DNA from: a virus
Taxonomy: Duplodnaviria; Caudoviricetes
IMG/VR virus record: IMGVR_UViG_3300006893_000274
Location: 1 to 41,461 of that record
Length of the DNA stretch: 41,461 nucleotides
Strand: one strand, 5' to 3'
The translations under genes and the position numbers were made by a program. The notes beneath the pieces are model-generated. The model was not told the DNA's origin. It saw only the letters and a program-made list of their open reading frames with translations, and did no database searches. Below are positions 19,751 through 28,102 of this stretch, one piece after another; position 1 is the first letter of the stretch, and the number at the start of each line of letters is the position of its first letter.

Positions 19751-20212
19751 TCATGACAGGATGCCCGCCGCATCCCCCATGCCCCCGTCGTCTTCTGGCG
19801 TGACCGCCAGCCTTACGCGATCCGCGGGTGAGAGCCCGAACCGGCTCCCGTAGCGAAGCATGATGTCTGCCTGGTCCCGAGCGACCTGGGCAGCAGGGTT
19901 CTTCACGTACTGCCCGTCATCCCGAGCAGACTTCACTAGTGGTCCCTGCTCCGCCAGGATCCCCGCAGCAACGCGGTAGGCGGCCCACGCCTCGACGAAC
20001 ACGACCAGGAACGGCCGGTCAGCGACCGTGAGCAGGCCAAGCCTGGACAGCTCGGGCGCAAGCCGCTTCCACTCCGCCAGCGCTTCCCCATTCAGGTGCG
20101 GCGGCGGATCAACAGATGCGGCTACAGGCTTAGGCTCGTCCGTCCGTATGGGACGCTTCCCCGGATTCCCCGACAAGACTTTAAGTTGGGTCGGGTTTGG
20201 GATCCTGCCCAC
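19751..20212 (-). CDS. terS: Terminase small subunit, P27 family
   Basis: MGRIPNPTQLKVLSGNPGKRP, PPPHL, KNPA and FGLSPADR motifs. Confidence 0.93.
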   Translation of the reverse strand: MGRIPNPTQLKVLSGNPGKRPIRTDEPKPVAASVDPPPHLNGEALAEWKRLAPELSRLGLLTVADRPFLVVFVEAWAAYRVAAGILAEQGPLVKSARDDGQYVKNPAAQVARDQADIMLRYGSRFGLSPADRVRLAVTPEDDGGMGDAAGILS

Positions 20213-20288
20213 GAACGAAACACCCCCCCGTACCTGGATGGTCGAGCCCGCCTAGCGGCGGACCTCGCGGTGTGAGAAGTCTTGGAAT

Positions 20289-20579
20289 ATGGCTGCCCCA
20301 GAGAAGACCGCCAGAGCTTCGCGTGCTGTGGTGCGCATCGAAACCGCGGACCACGAGGAAACCGGCGATCCTATTCACAAGTTGTTTGCCGGAAACGGTT
20401 CGGAGATCGGCTTTATCGAGATTGGAGGATTTCCTGACAACTGTCTTGCGTGGGGAATAGACCACGAAACGGGCTATTGGCGACCCTACGACTACGCTCG
20501 CGAGTACAGTCGGGCGTTCAATCTGGTTGTTGCCGACGTGTTCCACTTGCCTATAGACCCTAGCGACCGCGACCTGTAG
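20289..20579 (+). CDS. Hypothetical moron protein (96 aa)
   Basis: Fills the terS-HNH gap on the opposite strand; visibly more AT-rich than its neighbours. Confidence 0.45.
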   Translation: MAAPEKTARASRAVVRIETADHEETGDPIHKLFAGNGSEIGFIEIGGFPDNCLAWGIDHETGYWRPYDYAREYSRAFNLVVADVFHLPIDPSDRDL

Positions 20580-20844
20580 CGCCCTTACTGCTATTGCACG
20601 GGCGACAGAGCACCCGAAGGTTAGACGGATCATTCGTGCCGCCCTTTGAGCGGGGAACGATATGATCCGTGGTCAAGTCGGATTCGGCTCCGCACTCGAC
20701 ACACCATGGAGCCGCAGCGATGACCGCGCGGCTAATGAGATCCCAATCGGCACCGAGCCCGCGAAAGGCTCGGTTATGCACGGGGCAATACGACTTGCCC
20801 AATGGGATTAGCGTCTTGCAGACGCGGCACGTGGAACGCGGCAT
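20560..20844 (-). CDS. HNH endonuclease (HK97 gp74-like packaging cofactor)
   Basis: CxxC...DHIVPRSKGGTNDPSNLRVLCRPCNSSKG; located near terS. Confidence 0.9.
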   Translation of the reverse strand: MPRSTCRVCKTLIPLGKSYCPVHNRAFRGLGADWDLISRAVIAAAPWCVECGAESDLTTDHIVPRSKGGTNDPSNLRVLCRPCNSSKGATGRGR

Positions 20845-20861
20845 ACACGCCCCCTTTAAAG

Positions 20862-20940
20862 CCCTTCGAGCCGGAATCGAACCGACGTGACCGCCGCTTG
20901 CTGAAGGCGGCGGCATCCTAGGCCGCTAGATGACCGAAGG
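20862..20940 (-). tRNA. tRNA-like RNA on a tRNA-Glu-type scaffold with an enlarged anticodon arm; no encoded CCA
   Basis: CCTTCGG/TCGAAGG acceptor stem, D arm ATC-TAGCGGCCTAG-GAT, T arm GTCGG-TTCGATT-CCGGC; anticodon arm CCGCCGC-CTTCAGCAA-GCGGCGG. Confidence 0.75.
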
Positions 20941-21454
20941 AAGAGGCACCCCAAGCTAGGGGTGCGTCTGTGAACCTGCTTCCGGGCCGCCCTGCGTCGT
21001 CGGGCGGACTGTCCGGACCGCTGTATCAGCACTTCCCGGAAGCTTGCTTAGTAAGGCGCGCCTAACGCGCGCCCTTAGCCATCAGTTCCGCCCGCTTCGA
21101 CGGGCGGTAGGTCGCTTCGGCGACCGGTTCAGCTCGCTAACGGGCGCTCTGTGCGCGCCCTCACTAGTAATAGAACCTGTCAGAACCAAGCTGGACGGAC
21201 GTCAGCCCGTCCAGCGTTACTCAAGCGTTACTAACTAGGTAACTTACCTGACCAGAGGGCCTAACAGCCCTCAGCTAGTTAGTTCTATAAGTAAGAGAAC
21301 CTGTCAGAGCGGCGGCCAACCGACGCGCTTCCAGCTTTCGTTACCCAACCGTGACGACAGTGGACGCTTGACAGGCCTCGGGAGGGGTGAAAAAGTGCCC
21401 CCGAACAGCGGATTTTCATGGAACCCCAGGTCAAAGGCCTGGGGTTCTGCCCGT

Positions 21455-21560
21455 TTTGGTGACATTTTTTCGAAAATTCTGCGCACGCAAAAGTAAAACC
21501 GGCGGGTCCGAAGAGAAACGGACATCTAGACTTTTAGGACCCCAATACGGCCCCCTAAGA
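21455..21560 (-). other. Putative cos / genome-end region
   Basis: Lies in the non-coding gap where late and early transcription diverge. Minus strand reads GGGGG..AAAAGTCT..GACCCGCCGG-TTTTACTTTTGCGTGCGCAGAATTTTCGAAAAAA, resembling cos surroundings of HK97-type phages. Exact cut site not determinable. Confidence 0.4.
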
Positions 21561-22027
21561 ATATTTGCGACACACCTCATTTGACCTGCGGCTAAGCTGC
21601 ATTGATTACTCTGTGCTCAGGCCGGCGGGCACGTTCTGTAATCGCGGCTGGCTTTGCCGCTAGCAGCAGGGCAACCCTTGACAGCTAGGCCCGTGTCACT
21701 CCCGGGCTAACCACCTCGGCCGTTCAATGAACCTCGGCCGCCTAGTTTCGTGAGAGCCAACGAGAGCCGAGTCACTGTGTGCCTGGCATCGTCGCTATGA
21801 GCCGTGCTGTGCCGCCGTAGCGGCTCGTGTGGGCATCGCTTAGCCGACGTCTACAGGGGCGCCGGAACACTGCCTAGAACCGCCGTAGAACCGCGTGGCT
21901 AACCACATGGCCGGTTGTCCGGCCGATGATTGCTAGGCCTCGTTTGCTCGACCGCAGCTAGCTAGCTCGTCGTACCTCGTCGCCGTCGTGCGACTCGTCG
22001 TCTTCGCAACTCGCATCGGCGCGCGGC

Positions 22028-22074
22028 TTGACTTAGTATACGCTTTACAGGTACCGTCTTCCTTGTCAGCAAGG
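22028..22074 (+). promoter_or_regulatory. Phage promoter, family copy 2 (early rightward operon)
   Basis: TTGACT-N18-TACCGT-N7-GTCAGCAAGG; the spacer holds the operator-like TAGTATACGCTTTACAGG. Confidence 0.8.
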
Positions 22075-22098
22075 CAGTACTAACCGAACGGATTAGGC

Positions 22099-22341
22099 AT
22101 GTTTACCAAGCTTGCCGAGTACAAGAGCAGCGCCGGTTTCATCACTGACGTGATGCTGTGCTGGTTGCCGGAAGGCGCCGAACCGGTTCAGTTCACTTTC
22201 CGCGTCATCACGGGTGAGGTCATGTGGTCTAACGACTGGGCTCGTCTCCACGACGTTCCCGGCATCGTTCAGGGCAAGTGCGAGCACCTTAGCGAGGCTT
22301 GCGACGGACACACGGTTTGGACCGGCAAGACGCCCGAGTAA
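22099..22341 (+). CDS. Hypothetical protein
   Basis: First ORF after promoter copy 2. Confidence 0.6.
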   Translation: MFTKLAEYKSSAGFITDVMLCWLPEGAEPVQFTFRVITGEVMWSNDWARLHDVPGIVQGKCEHLSEACDGHTVWTGKTPE

Positions 22342-22426
22342 CTTGCCGCTCTAGTGGCGGGCGCGCTAAGGCGCGTTCGCTGCTATGGCAGTAAGTCAAC
22401 TGCCCTCACGAAACGAAGGATGCGCG

Positions 22427-22600
22427 ATGTACTACGTCAAGGACATGGCTAAGCGCTTGCGGTACTGGTACATGTTTCTTTCGGACGCCCAAGCCAGGGC
22501 GGATGCGACCCCGGATCACCTCATGGGGTACTTGCACATGACTCACCCCGAAATCCGTAGCGCCGAGTTCCGTTACGACGGACAGTGTGAGGAGTTCTAA
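22427..22600 (+). CDS. Hypothetical protein (57 aa)
   Basis: ATG after GAAGGA, within track ORF 22385..22600. Confidence 0.55.
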   Translation: MYYVKDMAKRLRYWYMFLSDAQARADATPDHLMGYLHMTHPEIRSAEFRYDGQCEEF

Positions 22601-22603
22601 GCC

Positions 22604-22741
22604 ATGACGCGCTACTACAACGGGTGGGCAAAGCTCTACATGACGACCCACCTAAGCAAGGTCACTCGGCACAACGCTAGGGCCTATCACCAGCTCGGCC
22701 GTAACGTGCGCGTGTCGGACGTTCGTAACGGCGTCTTCTAG
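22604..22741 (+). CDS. Hypothetical protein (45 aa, not in ORF track)
   Basis: GAGGAG RBS; MTRYYNGWAKLYMTTHLSKVTRHNARAYHQLGRNVRVSDVRNGVF; fills the gap in the operon. Confidence 0.5.
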   Translation: MTRYYNGWAKLYMTTHLSKVTRHNARAYHQLGRNVRVSDVRNGVF

Positions 22742-22775
22742 ACCACCACCAACCGCTTTAAAGGAGACGCGTCGC

Positions 22776-23045
22776 ATGTACGTGGTTATTCGCACCACTC
22801 ACGAGGTGAACGAGCTGTGCCTTGCCGCACTGCTCTGGGATGCGGTCATGGTTGACTGCGATGACGCAGAAGAGGCTTACGAGGTGGTGACGTCGCTTAC
22901 TGCGGCCAAGGTCAAGGCTTTGGTTCGTCAGCATCTCACACAGCACGGAACCGCTTCGGTCGAGTGCGGACCGCAGCACCCTTACCCGTCAGACCACGCT
23001 GAGGCGGCCGTTCGCTGCCGGATCTCCAACGTCTACGGCAACTGA
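22776..23045 (+). CDS. Hypothetical protein
   Basis: AAGGAG RBS, co-oriented with neighbours. Confidence 0.65.
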   Translation: MYVVIRTTHEVNELCLAALLWDAVMVDCDDAEEAYEVVTSLTAAKVKALVRQHLTQHGTASVECGPQHPYPSDHAEAAVRCRISNVYGN

Positions 23046-23128
23046 CTGACCAGCTAGAGCCTGTCCCCCGCTTCGGCGGGGGCAGGTAGGCTCTGTGAGA
23101 GACGATTTGAGACGGGAGATCCTGCGCG

Positions 23129-23572
23129 ATGACCAGCAACGACGTTCCCGAGGGCCGTGTGAGGATTCCGGGCCTCGGCCGAACTGTTCCGGCGCGCAAG
23201 GCCGAGCCGATGCCCGAGCCAGTGAAGCAGCCCAAGCCGACGATGACGAGCTACGGCATTCCGGCCGGACGCTACGCGGTCACGCTGCCAAGCTGGAATA
23301 CGGAAGAGTTCTTCTGGTTCAAGATCGGTCCCGCGCCCATGTTCCGGACCGACGTCAAGCGGCTGAACGACTCGGGTAAGTGGGAGTCGTATTACGGCGG
23401 CATCCGCGAAGTCGTCGCGGCCATCAAAACGGTTGGTTGGGATGCTGCGGACCGCTACGGAGTCTTGCGGCATGTCTGCGCTCTCTGCGGCCAGCCGCTC
23501 ACGAAATCCGCCCTTAAGGGCATCGGGCCTGAGTGTGAGGCCCAACTAGACGCGCCGTTTACGGAAGGCTGA
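23129..23572 (+). CDS. DUF6011-like zinc-ribbon protein
   Basis: C-terminal CALCGQPLTKSALKGIGPEC. Confidence 0.75.
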   Translation: MTSNDVPEGRVRIPGLGRTVPARKAEPMPEPVKQPKPTMTSYGIPAGRYAVTLPSWNTEEFFWFKIGPAPMFRTDVKRLNDSGKWESYYGGIREVVAAIKTVGWDAADRYGVLRHVCALCGQPLTKSALKGIGPECEAQLDAPFTEG

Positions 23573-23576
23573 GCAC

Positions 23577-23831
23577 ATGTCCGAGCTTGGTTACTGGGCA
23601 GTCCTGTTCATCAAGGATGGGGACGGGTCCGGAACGGTCGTTATCACGGATGGCGACCGGTCGCCGCACGACGAAGAGACCGTGCGGAAGATCATCGAGT
23701 TCAATTACGGCAAGCCCGACCGTGTGTCGGCCGTTGGACCGATGACTACCAAAGACCTCGCAGAGCAGTACTTGCGCGACGCGACGTCCACCCCGGAGGG
23801 CCTGAACTACTGGCACGAGCAGATGAAGTAG
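23577..23831 (+). CDS. Hypothetical protein
   Basis: Co-oriented; followed by a terminator-like hairpin at about 23846-23875. Confidence 0.65.
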   Translation: MSELGYWAVLFIKDGDGSGTVVITDGDRSPHDEETVRKIIEFNYGKPDRVSAVGPMTTKDLAEQYLRDATSTPEGLNYWHEQMK

Positions 23832-23896
23832 CACGCCCCACCCAGCGCCCTCCGACTCTGGTCGGGGGGCGTTTTGCTTGCCGCTTTAGTATACGC

Positions 23897-23943
23897 TTGA
23901 CAGGTCGGGCCGTGGACGACGAGAATTGATCTCGTCAGCAAGG
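23897..23943 (+). promoter_or_regulatory. Phage promoter, family copy 3
   Basis: TTGACA-N18-GAGAAT-N7-GTCAGCAAGG. Confidence 0.7.
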
Positions 23944-23959
23944 CACCACGGGAAGGACA

Positions 23960-24163
23960 ATGACCATGGCGTTTGGCTTGTTCGAAGCTGTCGGAGCGCT
24001 CGAAGAGTTCCGGGGAATGCCGCATCATGACACGGCCGTACGAGAGGTCTACTCGGCCGCAAGCCACATGAAGGGACTTCCGCTCCGTCGTGAGGTTCGG
24101 CGGATCACGCGGGCATTCAAGGACTACCGCGCCGAAGTCGCGTTCTGCGGGGAGGTCTGGTGA
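23960..24163 (+). CDS. Hypothetical protein
   Basis: GGAAGGA RBS just after promoter copy 3. Confidence 0.65.
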   Translation: MTMAFGLFEAVGALEEFRGMPHHDTAVREVYSAASHMKGLPLRREVRRITRAFKDYRAEVAFCGEVW

Positions 24164-24387
24164 GTGTTCCCCTGAAGGTCGATGATCCGGCCCGTTGGAT
24201 GCTGGAAGACGGCTTCACGACGACACCCGGTGTGCACCGTGCGGGTTGCTACATCTGCGAAGACCCCGAGTTCGCTCAGATGGGCCTGCCGTTGTGTCGG
24301 CCGTGCCCGAAGTGCTCGGGTCACGTTCCGGCCGACGACTCGATCTGTGATGACTGCGGCCATGACGAGACAGAGCACATCGCCTGA
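24160..24387 (+). CDS. Small Cys-rich zinc-binding protein
   Basis: CYIC...CRPCPKC...CDDC; GTGA overlap with the upstream gene; terminator-like hairpin at about 24403-24433. Confidence 0.7.
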   Translation: MSVPLKVDDPARWMLEDGFTTTPGVHRAGCYICEDPEFAQMGLPLCRPCPKCSGHVPADDSICDDCGHDETEHIA

Positions 24388-24453
24388 ACGTAAGCCGTTA
24401 GAGACGGGCCAGCCTTACCGGCTGGCCCGTTTTCCCGTTCTAGGGAGGGATGA

Positions 24454-25104
24454 TTGACCGAGCCGCTAGCGTCGTTCTCAACCGGCGCAGACGACCTATC
24501 GCGGGTCCTGGCGAACGTGTCGCTAGTCGCCAAGAAAGCACCCGCATATCCAACGACGCGGATCCGGCTCTATGCAGGCACGGGAGAGCGCTACACGGGC
24601 CGACTGGAAGTCTCGGGCACGGATGGCTACTGCGCGGCCGTAGACGGCTGTCTCGGCGACTACAGCGGGCCGCCGGAAGGCGTGACGATCGAGATACCTC
24701 GGGACGGCTTGGACGCGCTGGAGAAAGCCGCGCGGCCGGACCGGAAGGCGCTCGTCGCTCTCGACTGGTTCCCTCGGGATGGCCTGATCCTTCACTCGTC
24801 CACGGGCCGTGAATCAGCTCGGGACGCGGGCGCCAATCCGCGGATTTGGGCCATGGTGGACGAGCTGTTCGCGCTGAAGGAAGACGGCCCGTTCGAGCTA
24901 CCCGACGCGGCGGCCGTGGACATGCGTCTACTCGCGCGGTTCTGGCGGGTGAGGTCCAGCAACGGGGAGCACGTAGCAGACCTGATGTTCACCGGGACGG
25001 AATCGCCGATCCTGGTCAAGATGGGCACGGACTTTAAAGCGCTCGTGATGCCGATCAAGCGGGAACGGTTCGCCGCGAACGTGGATCCTGAAGGACTCTG
25101 GTAG
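24454..25104 (+). CDS. DNA polymerase III beta-clamp-like protein
   Basis: GTDGY and C-terminal ALVMPIK motifs, as in actinophage clamp-like proteins; GGGAGG RBS. Confidence 0.6.
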   Translation: MTEPLASFSTGADDLSRVLANVSLVAKKAPAYPTTRIRLYAGTGERYTGRLEVSGTDGYCAAVDGCLGDYSGPPEGVTIEIPRDGLDALEKAARPDRKALVALDWFPRDGLILHSSTGRESARDAGANPRIWAMVDELFALKEDGPFELPDAAAVDMRLLARFWRVRSSNGEHVADLMFTGTESPILVKMGTDFKALVMPIKRERFAANVDPEGLW

Positions 25105-25240
25105 CTGGAAAGAAGACGGGACGTCCCGGTTCGAGCCCGAGACGTCCCGCCCTACCCGAGCGTGGGCCGCCGCTCGCCTGAGCCCTCGCAAGCGTCGTTG
25201 TCATGTGCCACTCCCACAAGGGGCGACCCCACGATACGCG

Positions 25241-25268
25241 AAAGCCCCCGCCGTAGCGGGGGCTTTTT
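25241..25268. terminator. Bidirectional terminator
   Basis: AAAGCCCCCGC-CGTA-GCGGGGGCTTTTT between convergent genes. Confidence 0.8.
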
Positions 25269-25306
25269 CGTCACTCTGCGCTCAGGCCGGCGTGAGCGGA
25301 GCGTGA

Positions 25307-25672
25307 CTAGCGGGGTGAACCGGCCGTCCGCCACGCGTCCACCACGGTCCCAGGAATGCGGCCACGATCGTTGAACGCGGGCAGTTCGTACTTCGCCCGG
25401 TTCTCCTCGACGCCCCAGAACGCACGCTGCGCCAGAACGTCCGTGCGGCTGGTGACGATCGGAGCCGCCTTACGGCCGCCCTTGCCAGCCTTAGCCGCCT
25501 CCACAACCGTTGCATGCTGGATGAACTCAGCGAGAGCCTTACGCAGCTTCGCCGCGTTCTTCTCCCCCAGGTCAATCGTGTAGTCCACTCCATCGACCGA
25601 GAATTCCACGGTGTCCGCGCCCTCCGAACCGTCGATGTCGTCGCGGACGATGGTCACGAATTCCTTAGCCAT
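25307..25672 (-). CDS. lsr2: Lsr2-family nucleoid-associated protein
   Basis: DDIDGSEGADTVEFSVDGVDYTIDL...NAAKLRKALAEFI dimerisation domain and RGRIP AT-hook motif. Confidence 0.92.
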   Translation of the reverse strand: MAKEFVTIVRDDIDGSEGADTVEFSVDGVDYTIDLGEKNAAKLRKALAEFIQHATVVEAAKAGKGGRKAAPIVTSRTDVLAQRAFWGVEENRAKYELPAFNDRGRIPGTVVDAWRTAGSPR

Positions 25673-25776
25673 GACGGCCACTCCCCTAACAGGCTTATCG
25701 ATACGGGCTAACGAGGCCAGTTAAGCAGAACGGCGGATCGGTTAGCAACCGATCCGCCTAACGCGCCCGCTAAGGG

Positions 25777-26517
25777 CTAAAAGAGAGTCTGAGCAACCGG
25801 GCCGTTGCCCAAGCCGTCCGCCATGCTTAGCCAGTAAAGACGCGCCTTCTCATCCTTTGCCCTCTCCGCCATGCGGAGAAAGTTGGACTGTCCGCGAAGC
25901 TGCGGTGCGGGCTGAGCCGGGAGGGCCTGAATCCCCGGACGAGGCGCGGGCACGGGAACCGGCTCAGGCTCGGGCTCAACCGTGGCCACCACGTCCACGG
26001 GAGCCGGATCCAGCTGAACCGACCACGCCTCTTGTATCTTCCCGACCGTCAACGCGTCTGGCATAGCCGTATCTGGCTTCGCCGAGCGCTTCCGCCCCTC
26101 GCCCTCGAACGTGCGGATCAGGAGATGCACCGAACCCGCCAGGATCAGAACCGGCAGGGCGCTAGCCGAACCGGACTCGATCGGCGCCAGGACGAGCGGG
26201 CCGCCGTGGTGAGTGTGGACCCTGACGTTCATGTACCCGGATACGGAAAGCAGCGCGGAGAACAAGACCGCCGGGTACATCGTGGATCCGCCGCGCTTGC
26301 GGATGATGCTGCCCGTGTAGACCACGAGGGCTAGGAATCCTTCGATCAGCCAGGGCCAGAGACGGCCGAGAGCGATGCGGTAGCCGACCGCCAAGGCGAA
26401 CTCCCGTCCCGCGTCGTACACGAACAGGAACGCCAGAACTGCGATCGCCAGCACACCCACGCGGGCAATCCACACGTGCGCGGGGTGCAGCTCCCCGCCG
26501 TCGTACTCCTCGGTCAC
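25777..26517 (-). CDS. DUF2637-like multi-pass membrane protein
   Basis: Four TM segments with WPWLIEG, S..MN and ALPVL....VHLL; Pro-rich tail. Confidence 0.65.
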   Translation of the reverse strand: MTEEYDGGELHPAHVWIARVGVLAIAVLAFLFVYDAGREFALAVGYRIALGRLWPWLIEGFLALVVYTGSIIRKRGGSTMYPAVLFSALLSVSGYMNVRVHTHHGGPLVLAPIESGSASALPVLILAGSVHLLIRTFEGEGRKRSAKPDTAMPDALTVGKIQEAWSVQLDPAPVDVVATVEPEPEPVPVPAPRPGIQALPAQPAPQLRGQSNFLRMAERAKDEKARLYWLSMADGLGNGPVAQTLF

Positions 26518-26648
26518 TGCTCGTTCTCCATCTCACCGTCGTTCGGGTTGGTCGTGCGCCGTGCTTGTCGGTTGCGCCGGAACTCCCGGTCGTACCGGCC
26601 GGAAACCCTGCGGTCCATGTCATCCGAGTTGCGGAACGTGCGAGACAA
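26514..26648 (-). CDS. Small Arg-rich hypothetical protein (44 aa, not in ORF track)
   Basis: AAGGGGAGG RBS, TTG start, GTGA overlap with the DUF2637-like gene. Confidence 0.5.
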   Translation of the reverse strand: MSRTFRNSDDMDRRVSGRYDREFRRNRQARRTTNPNDGEMENEQ

Positions 26649-26770
26649 CTTGAAGCCTCCCCTTAGGCCGAACGGTTAACACATGGCCCAAAGCTATCAG
26701 ATACGCTTTACGAGAGCAATGGACTAACACGAAAGCGGGCACCCTTTCGGGCGCCCGCTTTAAAGGCTTC

Positions 26771-27445
26771 CTAATCCTCGTGCATGACCTGCCCGCACGG
26801 GCAAGACGGATAGCCAATCGCCAGCATCTTCGCCGTAGTCCGGACGCTGAAGCCATCCCCTGAAGGGCAAACGAGCTTCAGCATGTAGGTCTTCTGAGAA
26901 GACCGGCCGGAGTGTACGCGCGGCGTGCGCTCCAGCGTCGGCGTGGATCCGACCGGAACCTTGCGCTCGGTCGGGATCGGATTCTTCTTGGCCGCGTCGA
27001 GAACTTCGAAGATCATCGTCCGCTTGTGCGGGTAGTCGCCCAGCGTCTCACAGATCGTGATCAGCTCGGCTTCCAGGCCAACGCTCGGAACCGTCGCGGT
27101 CATCTTGCCGGTCAGGCCGAGCCGCGTTGCCGCCTCGGCAAACGCGCCCTTGTGGCCCGACTTGTTGTCGTCGGCCGCGTGAATCAGTTCGTGGATCAGG
27201 ACGCCCAGCACGGTAACCGCGTGGTCGTACTCGGGCGAGATGAAGACCTCGTTGACGTCGCCCGTGGAGGCGAACCGGGCGAGCGTGATAGCCATCACTT
27301 GCTTGGACTCGGCGCCGAAGCCGTCCGGGAAACCGACGCTGACGTGGACCTTCTCCGGAAGCGGCAACCCAACCTCTTCGAACCGGGGGCGGAACACTTC
27401 GACAGCCTTGTTAAGCCACTCTTCGCGGGTGATCTGCTCGCTCAT
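26771..27445 (-). CDS. SprT-like zinc metalloprotease
   Basis: HELIH...GH zincin motif plus C-terminal C..G..VR...CPCG zinc ribbon. Confidence 0.8.
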   Translation of the reverse strand: MSEQITREEWLNKAVEVFRPRFEEVGLPLPEKVHVSVGFPDGFGAESKQVMAITLARFASTGDVNEVFISPEYDHAVTVLGVLIHELIHAADDNKSGHKGAFAEAATRLGLTGKMTATVPSVGLEAELITICETLGDYPHKRTMIFEVLDAAKKNPIPTERKVPVGSTPTLERTPRVHSGRSSQKTYMLKLVCPSGDGFSVRTTAKMLAIGYPSCPCGQVMHED

Positions 27446-27467
27446 GGTCTTGCCCTTCACTGCGGTT

Positions 27468-27514
27468 CCTTGCTGACAAGACTCACAGTAGACGCTTTAC
27501 AGCTTACATGTCAA
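27468..27514 (-). promoter_or_regulatory. Phage promoter, family copy 4
   Basis: Minus strand TTGACA-N18-TACTGT-N7-GTCAGCAAGG, carrying two oppositely oriented operator-like copies. Confidence 0.8.
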
Positions 27515-27823
27515 GCGTAGCCTAAAGGGGCGGAAAGAAACCCCCTCGCAGGGTGTCACGAGGGGGTTTCCCGGTAGCACGCGGCCGAGTGTCAGCAAGG
27601 CACCGTCCACCAAACCAGGAGCCTAGCAGTGGGCTCGCGCACCGCACTACCACGCGTTTCAGGGGCCGCAGCCCTTCAGCCCGTGCCTCAGAAACAGGAA
27701 CGGCTGGCTCTCTCGGGGCGCACGGCTCGGGTTCGTACGCCAGCCCTGCGCCGTTGACGCGCCTGGGCTGCACGGGCAAGCTTGCTGCAAGACTCTGCAA
27801 GCGACTAGGACAGGAGGCAGGCT

Positions 27824-28102
27824 ATGCGCCTAAAGTTCATCGGCATCGATCCGCCTACCGGCACGGAGGGCTCTCCTACGGTGTGGGTCGATGAAGACGC
27901 GGCCGAACTCGTCATTCAGGGCTGGCGCCCGGAAGGCGAGCTGCACGACGCGGTAGAGGCCTGGGAAGTCCCCGGGCACGCCGTAGGCATCCCTGCGCAC
28001 GAGGCTGTAATTAGGATTCCGGCACGAATGGTGTCGATGGTGAGGGAGGCTTGCGATGTCGCAGAGGCGGCAGAGCTTCGCGGAACGGCTGGCAACAGCT
28101 GA
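27824..28102 (+). CDS. Conserved small protein that accompanies DUF6879/XRE modules
   Basis: LKFIGIDP.TG...SPTVWVDE...ELVIQGW...IPAHEAVIRIPARM; AGGAGG RBS. Confidence 0.75.
   Translation: MRLKFIGIDPPTGTEGSPTVWVDEDAAELVIQGWRPEGELHDAVEAWEVPGHAVGIPAHEAVIRIPARMVSMVREACDVAEAAELRGTAGNS

Noticed and set aside
20862-20940. tRNA as an attP/attB integration site, or as tRNA-Sec
   Set aside because: It is about 20 kb from the integrase with no duplicated 3' end seen, and it lacks the long variable arm and extended acceptor stem of tRNA-Sec.
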